Positions 28,541-37,945 of a stretch of 64,000 bases of DNA are shown here, one piece after another. The stretch is from positions 608,001 through 672,000 of the forward strand of contig JAVZCZ010000001.1 in the NCBI GenBank assembly GCA_038874135.1, read 5' to 3'. Position 1 is the stretch's first letter. Each line of letters begins with the position of its first letter. The notes below the pieces were generated by a model. The model worked only from the letters and a program-made list of their open reading frames with translations. It made no database searches and was not told the origin of the DNA. The translations under genes were made by a program, and so were the position numbers. Origin of the DNA: Candidatus Woesearchaeota archaeon (GTDB lineage Archaea > Nanobdellota > Nanobdellia > Woesearchaeales > 0-14-0-80-44-23).

Positions 28541-29721
28541 GCATTCCTTTTCTGCTTCCTCAGCACCCTTTCAGTTTCAAGAGCTATCATCCTCTCTTCA
28601 TCAGCCTTTACAACTACAACCTTTACAGGTGAATCTTTCTCTGAGATCAACTCTTCATTTTTCATATTCTTCTCTTTGTCAATGTGCACTCCTAAAAATT
28701 CAAGATTCTTAAGAACTGCACTTCTTAGAACTCCAGAGTTTTGGCCTATTCCCCCAGTGAATATTATGACATCAACTCCACCAAGCGCAGCAGCATATGC
28801 CCCGATGTATTTGCTTATCCGGTAAGCAAACATCTCAAAGGCAAGGCGGGCTTTTGGGCTTCCGCTCTTCAGCCCCTTCAACACGTCTCTGAAGTCAGAA
28901 GAATCCCCCATTATGCCAATCACTCCAGATTTCCTATTCAGCATTGTTTCTAATTCTTCAACGCTCATTCCATTTTTGAGAAGGTGAATTATTATTCCAG
29001 GGTCTACATCTCCGCACCGCGTCCCCATCATTAAGCCCTCCATTGGAGTGAAGCCCATGCTGGTGTCTATGCACCTACCGCTAAGCACCGCAGCTACAGA
29101 AGATCCACCTCCAAGATGGCAGCTTATTACCCTTAAATTTTTTAACTTTTTTCCGAGGATCTCAGCAGCTTTTAAGCAGGCGTAGTTGTGGCTTATGCCG
29201 TGAAAGCCATACCTCACTATGCCTTCCTTGTAATATTTCAGCGGGATTGGATATGCTCTGCTCCTTTTAGGAATGGATGTGTGGAATGCAGTGTCAAAAA
29301 CAGCCACTTGAATTGCTTTGGGCATAAGCTTTGCGCACGCTCTGATTCCGAGTAGATTTGCAGGATTATGAAGGGGTGCAAGCCTTGAATATCTCCTTAT
29401 TGTAGAGATCACATGCTTTGTTATTACTACGCTCTCATTGAACTTTCCCCCGTGCACAACCCTGTGTCCAACAGCACCTATTTCAGACAGGCTTCTTATA
29501 ACTGAGTTCGCAGTTAGAATTCTAAAAATTTCATTCAGCGCTTCGCTATGATTTTTGAGTTTGCATCTAAAAGTTTTTTCTCCATCACAGTTTAATATTA
29601 TGAATGAGCCCGGCAGCCCTATCCTATCAGCAATACCCCAGCAAACCTTCTTTCCTCGAGAGAATAGTGCATACTTTATGCTAGTGCTTCCAGAATTTAT
29701 TGAGAGTATCTTGCTAAACAT
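28537..29721 (-). CDS. ackA: Acetate kinase
   Basis: INSGSTSIK, GHRVVHGG, APLHNP, FDTAFH, YGFHGISH, HLGGG.S, FTGGIG. Confidence 0.97.
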   Translation of the reverse strand: MFSKILSINSGSTSIKYALFSRGKKVCWGIADRIGLPGSFIILNCDGEKTFRCKLKNHSEALNEIFRILTANSVIRSLSEIGAVGHRVVHGGKFNESVVITKHVISTIRRYSRLAPLHNPANLLGIRACAKLMPKAIQVAVFDTAFHTSIPKRSRAYPIPLKYYKEGIVRYGFHGISHNYACLKAAEILGKKLKNLRVISCHLGGGSSVAAVLSGRCIDTSMGFTPMEGLMMGTRCGDVDPGIIIHLLKNGMSVEELETMLNRKSGVIGIMGDSSDFRDVLKGLKSGSPKARLAFEMFAYRISKYIGAYAAALGGVDVIIFTGGIGQNSGVLRSAVLKNLEFLGVHIDKEKNMKNEELISEKDSPVKVVVVKADEERMIALETERVLRKQKRNA

Positions 29722-30689
29722 TATTCTTCACCAGCCTGAACAGCCGTTATAGCAGCTACCTCAACTATGTCTTGAACGCTGCACCCCCTGGAAAGGTCAT
29801 TCACAGGCCTGGCAAGTCCCACAATTATGGGACCGACTGCCCTTGCCCCTCCAAATCTTTCCACAAGCTTATACCCTATGTTTCCAGCGTTAAGGTCTGG
29901 AAAGATTAGAACGTTAGCCCTTCCCCTAATCTTTGAGCCAGGCGCCTTCCTCTTAGCAACCTCTGGAACTATTGCAGCGTCCACCTGAAGTTCTCCCTCA
30001 ACTAGCAGGTTAGGCATCTTTTCAGAAGCTATCCTCACGGCATTTTTTACCTTCTCAACAAGCGGGTGGCTGGCGCTTCCGAGTGTTGAGAATGAAAGCA
30101 TCGCAATCCTCGGCTTAATGCCCAACTGAATTGCAAATTCTGCAGCATTTTTAGATATCTCTGCCAGCTGGTTCTCATCAGGATTAGGATTTACTCCGCA
30201 GTCTGAGAATATGAAGTTGCCCATCTTGTGGATCATGAGAAAACATCCGCTGGCAATTGAAACGCCAGGCTTCGTCTTTATTATCTGAAACGCAGGCCTC
30301 AGCGTGTGTTCAGTTGGGTGGGCAGCTCCAGATACTATGCCATCTATTCTTCCATCTTTTAGGAGCATCGCTGCTAGGTACATCTTGTCATTCAACAAGG
30401 TTTTTGCTTCTGAAATTGTAAGCCCCTTTTCCTTTCTAATGTCGTAAAGTCGCGCTGCCATCTCTTCATAATCTAAACTTTTCGTGTCTATTATCTCAAC
30501 TTTTCCGACAATACTTCCTGGTAACTTCTTCTCTATACTGCTCCTTTCCCCAAGTAGAACTGGAATTGCTATCCGCTTTTTGGCTATTATCGCAACTGCT
30601 TTTAGGATTCTATCATCTTCATCTTCAGGAAATAGTATCCTCTTTCCGAGCCTTCTTGCTCTGCTTTCAATTCTTGCGAGAATGTCCAT
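29721..30689 (-). CDS. pta: Phosphate acetyltransferase
   Basis: DCGVNPNP, MLSFSTLGS, GELQVDAA, FPDLNAGNIGYK, VNDLSRGC; SD GGAGG before ATG 30689. Confidence 0.97.
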   Translation of the reverse strand: MDILARIESRARRLGKRILFPEDEDDRILKAVAIIAKKRIAIPVLLGERSSIEKKLPGSIVGKVEIIDTKSLDYEEMAARLYDIRKEKGLTISEAKTLLNDKMYLAAMLLKDGRIDGIVSGAAHPTEHTLRPAFQIIKTKPGVSIASGCFLMIHKMGNFIFSDCGVNPNPDENQLAEISKNAAEFAIQLGIKPRIAMLSFSTLGSASHPLVEKVKNAVRIASEKMPNLLVEGELQVDAAIVPEVAKRKAPGSKIRGRANVLIFPDLNAGNIGYKLVERFGGARAVGPIIVGLARPVNDLSRGCSVQDIVEVAAITAVQAGEE

Positions 30690-30858
30690 AATGCGCCTCC
30701 TTTCAGGTTGATATTCTTCTGTTTGCATTTAAATTTTTTCCGATTTACAAATTTTAACCCACTAATTTAAAATAAACAAAAAGCTTTATAAATCGCTCAG
30801 ATTCCCCAAAGTGGATAAGAGCATAACAAAACAAAATTGCCCATTTGAGGTGTTACTA

Positions 30859-31251
30859 ATGACTACCAAGATTGTAGGAGCAAATTCTCTTCAGAAGGGA
30901 AACTATGTAATAATGGAAGGGGCAGCATGCCGAATAACTGATGTTCAGATATCAAAACCTGGAAAGCACGGGCATTCTAAGGTTAGGTTTGAGGGGGTCG
31001 GCCTTCTAGATAACAAGAAGAGGGTAATGGTGCTGCCTGGACACGACAATGTGGAAGTGCCAATAATTGAAAAGAAGACAGCTCAGGTGCTTTCAATATC
31101 GGGAGATAAGGCAACTGTGATGGATATGGACTCCTACGAGACATTTGAGCTGGAAATTCCGGAAGAGCTGAAGGGACAGGTCACAGAGGGATGCCAGGTT
31201 ATATACTGGGTGGTGCTGGACGCTCGGGTCATGAAGCAGTTAAAAGTGTGA
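30859..31251 (+). CDS. eif5a: Translation factor aIF-5A
   Basis: Hypusine motif SKPGKHGHSK; SD GAGGTG before ATG 30859. Confidence 0.97.
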   Translation: MTTKIVGANSLQKGNYVIMEGAACRITDVQISKPGKHGHSKVRFEGVGLLDNKKRVMVLPGHDNVEVPIIEKKTAQVLSISGDKATVMDMDSYETFELEIPEELKGQVTEGCQVIYWVVLDARVMKQLKV

Positions 31252-31261
31252 GGTTATAAAA

Positions 31262-31420
31262 ATGAAGTTTCCAGAAGCAGAAGCAAGACTTTTTAAGAAT
31301 GTTTTTGTGTGCAGAAAATGCAAGAGCAAGGTTAGGGCTCCGATGATGAAGGTCTTGGCTAAGAAGGTTTCCTGCAGAAGGTGTGGGAGCAAGGCACTTA
31401 AGCCGGTCAGGAAGAAGTAA
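31262..31420 (+). CDS. rpl40e: 50S ribosomal protein L40e (52 aa, absent from the ORF track)
   Basis: Translates MKFPEAEARLFKNVFVCRKCKSKVRAPMMKVLAKKVSCRRCGSKALKPVRKK; SD GAGGT. Confidence 0.92.
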   Translation: MKFPEAEARLFKNVFVCRKCKSKVRAPMMKVLAKKVSCRRCGSKALKPVRKK

Positions 31421-31474
31421 GCCCTTGATTTCTCTAGATATTCCAAAAGATTATTAACTACACATTGTTCTACA

Positions 31475-32422
31475 ATGGTAATGCTTACCCCCATGCCTAA
31501 TGCAGATTCAATAGAGTTTAAGCAGGAGTTTATAGAAAGATACTCTCAGCTTACGGATTTTGAAGAGTTCAGAAGGGTTTCTTTGTCATTTCCGCGAAAG
31601 GCATTTAGAATAAATACGCTTAAGGCAGATGTAAGGGATGTGTTAGAAGGCTTTAAGAGGGAGTGGGATATAAAGCAGGTGCCCTGGTGTGCTGAAGGAT
31701 TCTTTGTGGAGAGCGAGCGCCGAGACATTGGAAACACCCTGGAACATTCTTTAGGCTTAATATACGTGCAAGATGCTGCTTCAATGATTCCAGCAGTAGT
31801 GCTTAATCCAAGCCCAGGCGAGGTTGTGCTGGATATGTGTGCTGCTCCCGGTTCAAAAAGCACACAAATCGCTCAGTATATGAAAAATCAGGGGCTTCTA
31901 ATTTCTAATGACAGCGATTATAAAAGGATAAAGGCATTAGCCATGAACCTTCAAAGGTGCGGGGTGGCAAATGCAGTAATAACGCTGACAGATGCTCAGA
32001 AGTATTCTTTTATGAAAAACTTTTTTGATAAAATACTCCTAGACGCGCCATGCTCAGGCACAGGCACTATCAACAAGTCTGTTGAAACAATAAAGATGTG
32101 GAATCCCTCAATGGTGAAGAGGTTATCCAGCATACAAAAGCGCCTAATCAATGCAGCATTTTCAGCATTAAAGCCCGGGGGAACCCTTGTCTATTCAACC
32201 TGCACAATGGAGCCCGAAGAGAATGAATCAGTTGTTAACTTCCTGCTATCTAAGCATGAAGATGCAAATCTGGAAGAAATTAGTCTGAACATAAAAAGAA
32301 GTCGTCCAATAATGGAATTTGAAGGGGAAAGGTTCAGAGAGGAAATCTCTAAATGTTTAAGAATATGGCCTCAAGACAACCTGACAGAAGGATTCTTTGT
32401 AGCGAAGATTTTGAAAGGCTAA
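31475..32422 (+). CDS. RsmB/NOL1/NOP2 family RNA m5C methyltransferase
   Basis: QDAASM, LDMCAAPGSKS, LLDAPCSG, VYSTCT..PEENE. Confidence 0.95.
   Translation: MVMLTPMPNADSIEFKQEFIERYSQLTDFEEFRRVSLSFPRKAFRINTLKADVRDVLEGFKREWDIKQVPWCAEGFFVESERRDIGNTLEHSLGLIYVQDAASMIPAVVLNPSPGEVVLDMCAAPGSKSTQIAQYMKNQGLLISNDSDYKRIKALAMNLQRCGVANAVITLTDAQKYSFMKNFFDKILLDAPCSGTGTINKSVETIKMWNPSMVKRLSSIQKRLINAAFSALKPGGTLVYSTCTMEPEENESVVNFLLSKHEDANLEEISLNIKRSRPIMEFEGERFREEISKCLRIWPQDNLTEGFFVAKILKG
31778..31866 (+). repeat. 89-bp inverted repeat, copy 1 (inside m5C MTase)
   Basis: 86/89 identical to the reverse complement of 40802..40890. Confidence 0.9.
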
Positions 32423-32474
32423 ACCCTTTTGCCATTTAAAAAAGTTTATATAATACCCACTCATCTTTTATCCC

Positions 32475-33017
32475 ATGGAAGAGGTGGTCAGGCAGGACAT
32501 TCTTTCAGTTCTCTCAGATGCAGAAAAATATATCAGAGAATCAAAAATATCTAACCTGAAGGAGCTTAGCAACCACACAATACACAACTGCAGCATATTT
32601 CAAGACCACGATTCAATAATCATAGCTGTTCTGATATATTCCCTCTCCAAAGTTATGGAGAAAACTGATGGAGAGTTTTCTGCTCACGCTTTACGAAGCC
32701 TAGCGTATGCTAGAAATAACCTCCTCTTAAACCATGAAGAGGAATATCAGAAGAGCATACAGGAGCTGATGGATTATATAGCCAAAACTGATAGCGCAAC
32801 TAAGAAATATATACAGGAAGTAATCCTGCAGGCAATGGTTAAGAAGGGAGGTCGCATCTATGAGCACGGCATATCGCTAACCAGAGCAGCTTCAATTCTG
32901 GGAGTTAGCCCGTGGGAGCTCATGACATATGTTGGGCAGAGTGCAGAGGTTGACGAGTTTATCTCAGGCAGAACTAGGGAGCGCCTTAATTTTGCCCGTT
33001 CGCTTTTTAAGAAGTGA
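32475..33017 (+). CDS. Hypothetical protein with C-terminal UPF0175-like HTH
   Basis: IYEHGISLTRAASILGVSPWELM; coupled to the downstream PIN gene. Confidence 0.65.
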   Translation: MEEVVRQDILSVLSDAEKYIRESKISNLKELSNHTIHNCSIFQDHDSIIIAVLIYSLSKVMEKTDGEFSAHALRSLAYARNNLLLNHEEEYQKSIQELMDYIAKTDSATKKYIQEVILQAMVKKGGRIYEHGISLTRAASILGVSPWELMTYVGQSAEVDEFISGRTRERLNFARSLFKK

Positions 33018-33022
33018 TACTT

Positions 33023-33727
33023 ATGAAAAATATAGTTATGGATTCAAGTTCAGTGATTTCATTAACTCTTAACAATATGCTGTGGGTTCTTGAAGAGCTT
33101 AGGCACTACCTGGATGGAGATTTTTACATTCCCCCCGCAGTAAAAGCCGAGCTTGTAGAACACCCTCTCAATACTAAGCGGTTTGAGTTTGAAGCGCTGC
33201 AGGTTCTTGCTCACATAAATCAGGGAACATTAAAGGTTGCTGAGCTGAACTCAGAATCCAAGGCGCTTTATGATGAACTTCTGAATCTTGCAAACACATC
33301 TTTCAAATCTAAAGGAGTCTGGATAAATATAGTACACTCAGGTGAGATTCAAGCTTTAGCAGTGGCAGTTGCAAATAAGGCAAGTGCTTTTTGTGTAGAT
33401 GAGCGGACCACCACGCTTCTGATAGAAAATCCCGCAGCGCTCAAGAGCCTGCTCCAGAGCAAGCTTCACAGCAGGGTTGAAGTTAATCGTGAAAATATTA
33501 ACAGGTTTAAATCACTTATACGAGGGATAAGAGTAGTTAGGTCTGTAGAGCTTATGCTGGTAGCTTATGAGAAGGGAATTCTAAACAGGTATCTTCCTGC
33601 TGATATTCCCGAGGCGCGGCAGGTTCTTCTGGATGGAATCCTCTGGGGACTAAAACTTAGAGGGTGCGCAATCTCCGAGCATGAAATTGCTCAGCTTAAG
33701 CGGATAGAAGCTAATTTTACAGCATGA
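33023..33727 (+). CDS. PIN-domain protein (DUF3368-like)
   Basis: IVMDSS, IPPAVKAE, GEIQALA, VDER acidic motifs. Confidence 0.75.
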   Translation: MKNIVMDSSSVISLTLNNMLWVLEELRHYLDGDFYIPPAVKAELVEHPLNTKRFEFEALQVLAHINQGTLKVAELNSESKALYDELLNLANTSFKSKGVWINIVHSGEIQALAVAVANKASAFCVDERTTTLLIENPAALKSLLQSKLHSRVEVNRENINRFKSLIRGIRVVRSVELMLVAYEKGILNRYLPADIPEARQVLLDGILWGLKLRGCAISEHEIAQLKRIEANFTA

Positions 33728-33791
33728 CAAGTTTTTAGCATTCTCAAATAGCAAAATATTTAAAATGCTTCAGAAAAACTAACCAGTTCCC

Positions 33792-34424
33792 ATGGCAAAT
33801 CTAATCAGAAGATTTACAAGATTTTTCAAAAAGCTCTTCCTCAGGAGGAAACACCTCAAAATAGGAATATACGGACCTCCTAATGGTGGAAAGACCACTC
33901 TGGCTAATAGAATTTGCTCGGACTGGCTTGGTGAAGAGCTAGGAAAGGCTTCTAAGATACCTCACGAGACGAGAAAAGTTCAGATGAAAGAAGAAGTCAG
34001 AATAAAGTCGGGAAAGCATCAGCTCACATTCGCGCTTCTGGACACTCCCGGAATTGCAACCCGGATTGACTATGAAGATTTTGTTTCGGCAGGGCTTTCT
34101 GAAAAGGAAGCAAAGCAGAGGGCCAGGGATGCAGCCCGCGGCGTGATTGAGGCGATAAAATGGCTTGACGAGATGGATATAGTTGTACTTGTTTTAGACG
34201 CTACTAAGGATCCTTATAATCAGGTTAATCTAACAATCTTGGGAAATCTTGAAGCGAGAAATATCCCTGTTCTCATTGTTGCAAATAAGATTGATCTTAA
34301 ACGGGCAAATGTTGCTAAGATAACTTCTGCATTTCCAAACCATAAGATTATAGGCATATCTGCAAAGTTTGGTAATAACATGGAAGATTTTTATAGAAAC
34401 CTTATAGAATTGTCTTTTATCTGA
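33792..34424 (+). CDS. Era-like GTPase (OapA-type)
   Basis: IGIYGPPNGGKTTLANRI, IPHETR, DTPG, NKID. Confidence 0.9.
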   Translation: MANLIRRFTRFFKKLFLRRKHLKIGIYGPPNGGKTTLANRICSDWLGEELGKASKIPHETRKVQMKEEVRIKSGKHQLTFALLDTPGIATRIDYEDFVSAGLSEKEAKQRARDAARGVIEAIKWLDEMDIVVLVLDATKDPYNQVNLTILGNLEARNIPVLIVANKIDLKRANVAKITSAFPNHKIIGISAKFGNNMEDFYRNLIELSFI

Positions 34425-34478
34425 TTTTTTTCCATAATTAAAAAAGAAATAAAAAGGGGAACATATTTATTTTCAGAT

Positions 34479-34874
34479 ATGCCTCACCAGTGCGTAAGAT
34501 GTGGAGCAGTTTATGAAGATAATTCTTCACAAATAATTAGAGGGTGCAGCTGCGGTTCAAAGCTTTTTTACTATGTTAGTAAGGAGCGACTTGAATTCCT
34601 TAGGCGTAAGGATGAGAAGTCTAAACAGGAGATACAAGAAGCTGAAAATGATGTTTTAGAAATTTTGGGCTCAGCTGTAGAGGAAATTTCACCAGTGCTC
34701 CTAGAAACTGGTTCAGTAAGAGTAATTCAGCCTGGAAAGTATGAGTTGGATGTAGTTAAACTTTTTAGAGAAAAGGTGCCAATTTTTGAAATTTCAGAAG
34801 GCAAATTTGTAATTGATATTGACTCTGCATTTAAAGGAAAATCAAACAAGAAGAGCAAGCTTATTTTGAAGTGA
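34479..34874 (+). CDS. Zn-ribbon protein (DUF2072/OapC-type)
   Basis: MPHQCVRCG...GCSCGSKLFYY; SVRVIQPGKYELD. Confidence 0.88.
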   Translation: MPHQCVRCGAVYEDNSSQIIRGCSCGSKLFYYVSKERLEFLRRKDEKSKQEIQEAENDVLEILGSAVEEISPVLLETGSVRVIQPGKYELDVVKLFREKVPIFEISEGKFVIDIDSAFKGKSNKKSKLILK

Positions 34875-36060
34875 CAATTTCTATCACATCTCTGTGTTTG
34901 AGAATATAATTCTTTCCAACAGGCTTCTTGCTCCTCACATCTATTGCCGTTATAAAATTATTTCCCAAATCAGTGTGTATCTTGTATGCAAAGTCGAGCG
35001 CAGTTGAATTTTTAGGCATGAGGAAACAGTCGGGCAGTATTCTACCTTCTGAATCTTCAAGCTTATGCACCCCTCCCGGAAATACTGCAATATAGCCTAG
35101 AAGTTTGAACACCGCATCGTCTAGCGCATTCTGAACGCCGGTATTTCCAAATCTTTTCAAAACATTTTCTCTAATAAACTCCAAGGCGCGCTTCTGCTTT
35201 TCAGAAATCCTACTCTCATCAATTATTCTAAAATCAGAATCTCCAGGAACATACTCTATTAACCCTCTTGCATCAGCCTCTTTTAATGCAAGTTCCGACT
35301 CGGCAGAGCATGGCACCACAAGGTATTCTGGAAACTTCTCTTTAATACGTCTTATGTTTTCTTCAGCGTTAGGATAGTCCGCCTTATTTGCTGCTATTAT
35401 CATCGGCTTTGTCTTTCTTCTCAGGCTAGAGGCAAGATTTTTTAAGTCTTCAACACTCCACTTCGCAATTGGAATCTCATTAAGTTTAAGCTTCTCAATT
35501 ATCTCTTTGAAATCGTCCTCATCCGCGCCCAGCCCAGTGAACTGCTTAGCTATTGCCTTAATTGCATCAGCGTGTTCCATCGTAACTATCTTAGCAAACC
35601 TTTCCCATCCTTTGTTGAGTATCTGAAAATACCACATGTCCAGCTCTCTCTCCAAAAATTCTACATCTTCACAAGGATCGTGGCTTCCGGGCTGTACCGG
35701 CTCTCCGGATATGGTTGTAGAGCCGGCAGCGTCCACTATGTGTATAAAAGCATCGGCCTGTCTCAGATCATCTAAGAACTGATTTCCCATCCCCTTGCCC
35801 TCATGAGCTCCTGGAACAAGCCCTGCAACATCCATAACCTGAACGGGAACAAACCTGAAGGCACCCTTGTTAAAGCCGAAGCGTGGCGTAGATTTTACAT
35901 TAAATTCCTTATCTACATTTTCAACCCTCACATAGGCTACTCCACTGTTCGGCTTTATAGTTGCAAAAGGAAAGTTGGCAATATACACATCTGCAAGGGT
36001 CAGAGCTTTAAAGAATGTTGATTTTCCAACATTAGGTTTTCCAACAACGCCTATAAGCAT
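34861..36060 (-). CDS. ychF: Obg-family translation-associated GTPase/ATPase (YchF-like) with TGS domain
   Basis: GKPNVGKSTFF, ANFPFATI, DVAGLVPGAH, ANKAD, IHTDL. Confidence 0.92.
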   Translation of the reverse strand: MLIGVVGKPNVGKSTFFKALTLADVYIANFPFATIKPNSGVAYVRVENVDKEFNVKSTPRFGFNKGAFRFVPVQVMDVAGLVPGAHEGKGMGNQFLDDLRQADAFIHIVDAAGSTTISGEPVQPGSHDPCEDVEFLERELDMWYFQILNKGWERFAKIVTMEHADAIKAIAKQFTGLGADEDDFKEIIEKLKLNEIPIAKWSVEDLKNLASSLRRKTKPMIIAANKADYPNAEENIRRIKEKFPEYLVVPCSAESELALKEADARGLIEYVPGDSDFRIIDESRISEKQKRALEFIRENVLKRFGNTGVQNALDDAVFKLLGYIAVFPGGVHKLEDSEGRILPDCFLMPKNSTALDFAYKIHTDLGNNFITAIDVRSKKPVGKNYILKHRDVIEIVTSK

Positions 36061-36072
36061 CTTATCCCCTTG

Positions 36073-37941
36073 CTATTTTGTAATCTCTGAAATTTTTTCC
36101 TTCACAATCCTAGCTATAAGACTTCCGTCAGCCTTGCCTCTCAGTAGGGCCATGCTTCTCCCCATAACAAGACCTTCTCTAAGCTCAGCACCCTTGGATT
36201 TTAACTCAACTATTACACCCTCAATAATTTCTTTGACCTGCTCCTCGCTTAGGCGCTCGCGCTTTTTAATTGCTTCTTCAATGTTTATACCACTTGCCGC
36301 TTCAGCCAGCACTTCCTCAACAGCTTCTTTGGGAATAAGCCCTTTTGATAAAGCGCTTAATGCCCTGCGGAAGTCCTCATACTTAAGTCTGGAAGCATCA
36401 ATTCCCATTCGTGATTTTATATCCTTTGGGTATAGGAAAACTACTGAGAATACGAACTGTGGACCTATATCCGGAAATTCTTCTAGCAGACTTTCAAAGA
36501 GTTCCCTATGTTGGGACTTAGATATGATATCAGCAGCCTGCTCGCTAAGCCCCATTTTCTTATAATCCTCAGCAAACTCTGTAATGAGCTTTGGAATCTT
36601 TATCATATTGATATCTGGCGTTTTTATTATCGGGACATCCGTTTCGGGATACATCCTGCTAGCCCCCGAAATTGGCCTCATATAAGTTGTTGTTCCGTCA
36701 GTATTAGCCCTTCTCACTTCTTTCGGCACACCCATAATGCACATTTCCGCTCTCTTCAAAGCAGATTCTGCCGCCCTCTTCGCTTTTTCTTCAGAATCTG
36801 AAGCAATTATGAAGAAGGCGTCACTCTCTCCGCACCGCAAAAACTTTCTCGCATTATTTACTTCATCTTCTGATATCCCATACCCTGGTAACTCGTCAGA
36901 GTGAATTATTCCTGAAACGCCGAACTTCTTCGCATATTCAGAAAGCTCAGTGCCCAGGCGCTTTCCAGGCTGTATCTCAACTCCTAAGAGGCCTGACATT
37001 CCTTTAAGCATCGCTCCCACTACTACTCCGCCAGAGTGTATTGCTCCGAGAAGAACTTTGGAAGAGGTTTCTTTAAAGATATTTGTCATTTCTACAGCAC
37101 TGCTCTTTATCTCTTTAATTCCCCTCCTGTTTAATTCGTTTCTTATTTCTAACAGCTTCTTCTGCCGAATGGCTTCTATTTCAACTATTCTGTCCAGCAT
37201 TCTTAAATCTTGAGCTCCTTTTATCTCAACTCTTGAGCCGCCTTCTATTGAAACATTCACATCCTGCCTTATTGTGCCAAGCCCTCTTCTTATCTTGCCA
37301 GTGCTTCGCAGAATCATTCCTATCTTTTCCGCGCACTCTTTAACTTCTTTAGGATTTGATAGGTCGGGAGTAGTTGATATCTCAACTAAGGGTATTCCTA
37401 GGCGTGAAAGGTTATAAATATCATACTCCGGAGTTCTTTCTACAATTTTAGCAGCTTCTTCTTCAAGGCATATTGTGGAAATTCCCACTTTTTTACTTCC
37501 AATTTCAAGATATCCATTAACCGCTACAAGCCCAGTTCTTTGAAATCCTGAAGTGTTACTGCCATCTACAACTGTTTTTCTCATAAAGATTATCTTGGGA
37601 AGAGGCTTTGCGTTTAGTAGCAGTGCTATTTGAAGTGCAGTTTCTATTGCTTCAGGATTGGGCTCGTGCGGCGGCTCTTCGTCCAGCTCCACGGGGCAGT
37701 TTGATTTTTTGTACGCATGATATATGAAATTCTTCTTTAGCTCACTTTCATGCAGAGCAGCTTCATCTATGCTTCCCAACTCGCCAGCTACAGCTCTCAA
37801 CTTTCTTATTATCTTCAAATCCGGTTCATCTTCAATTATTTCAGAAGGACAGCTGCAAAAGAGCTTTCTAGTTGAAAGCTGCTGATGTATCTCCAGACCG
37901 CATCTCAGTCCCAATTTATCAAATTCATCCATCTGTGCCAT
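36073..37941 (-). CDS. gatE: Glu-tRNA(Gln) amidotransferase subunit E
   Basis: GLEIHQQL, DGSNTSGFQRT, GTIRQDVNVSI, RMYPETD. Confidence 0.97.
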   Translation of the reverse strand: MAQMDEFDKLGLRCGLEIHQQLSTRKLFCSCPSEIIEDEPDLKIIRKLRAVAGELGSIDEAALHESELKKNFIYHAYKKSNCPVELDEEPPHEPNPEAIETALQIALLLNAKPLPKIIFMRKTVVDGSNTSGFQRTGLVAVNGYLEIGSKKVGISTICLEEEAAKIVERTPEYDIYNLSRLGIPLVEISTTPDLSNPKEVKECAEKIGMILRSTGKIRRGLGTIRQDVNVSIEGGSRVEIKGAQDLRMLDRIVEIEAIRQKKLLEIRNELNRRGIKEIKSSAVEMTNIFKETSSKVLLGAIHSGGVVVGAMLKGMSGLLGVEIQPGKRLGTELSEYAKKFGVSGIIHSDELPGYGISEDEVNNARKFLRCGESDAFFIIASDSEEKAKRAAESALKRAEMCIMGVPKEVRRANTDGTTTYMRPISGASRMYPETDVPIIKTPDINMIKIPKLITEFAEDYKKMGLSEQAADIISKSQHRELFESLLEEFPDIGPQFVFSVVFLYPKDIKSRMGIDASRLKYEDFRRALSALSKGLIPKEAVEEVLAEAASGINIEEAIKKRERLSEEQVKEIIEGVIVELKSKGAELREGLVMGRSMALLRGKADGSLIARIVKEKISEITK

Positions 37942-37945
37942 CTCT

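Noticed and set aside
34430-34460. GAAATAAAAAGGGG resembling half of an ORB origin box near oapA
   Set aside because: Single partial match with no TTCCA..GGAAA core or repeats; no ORB array beside cdc6 (52784-52922) either
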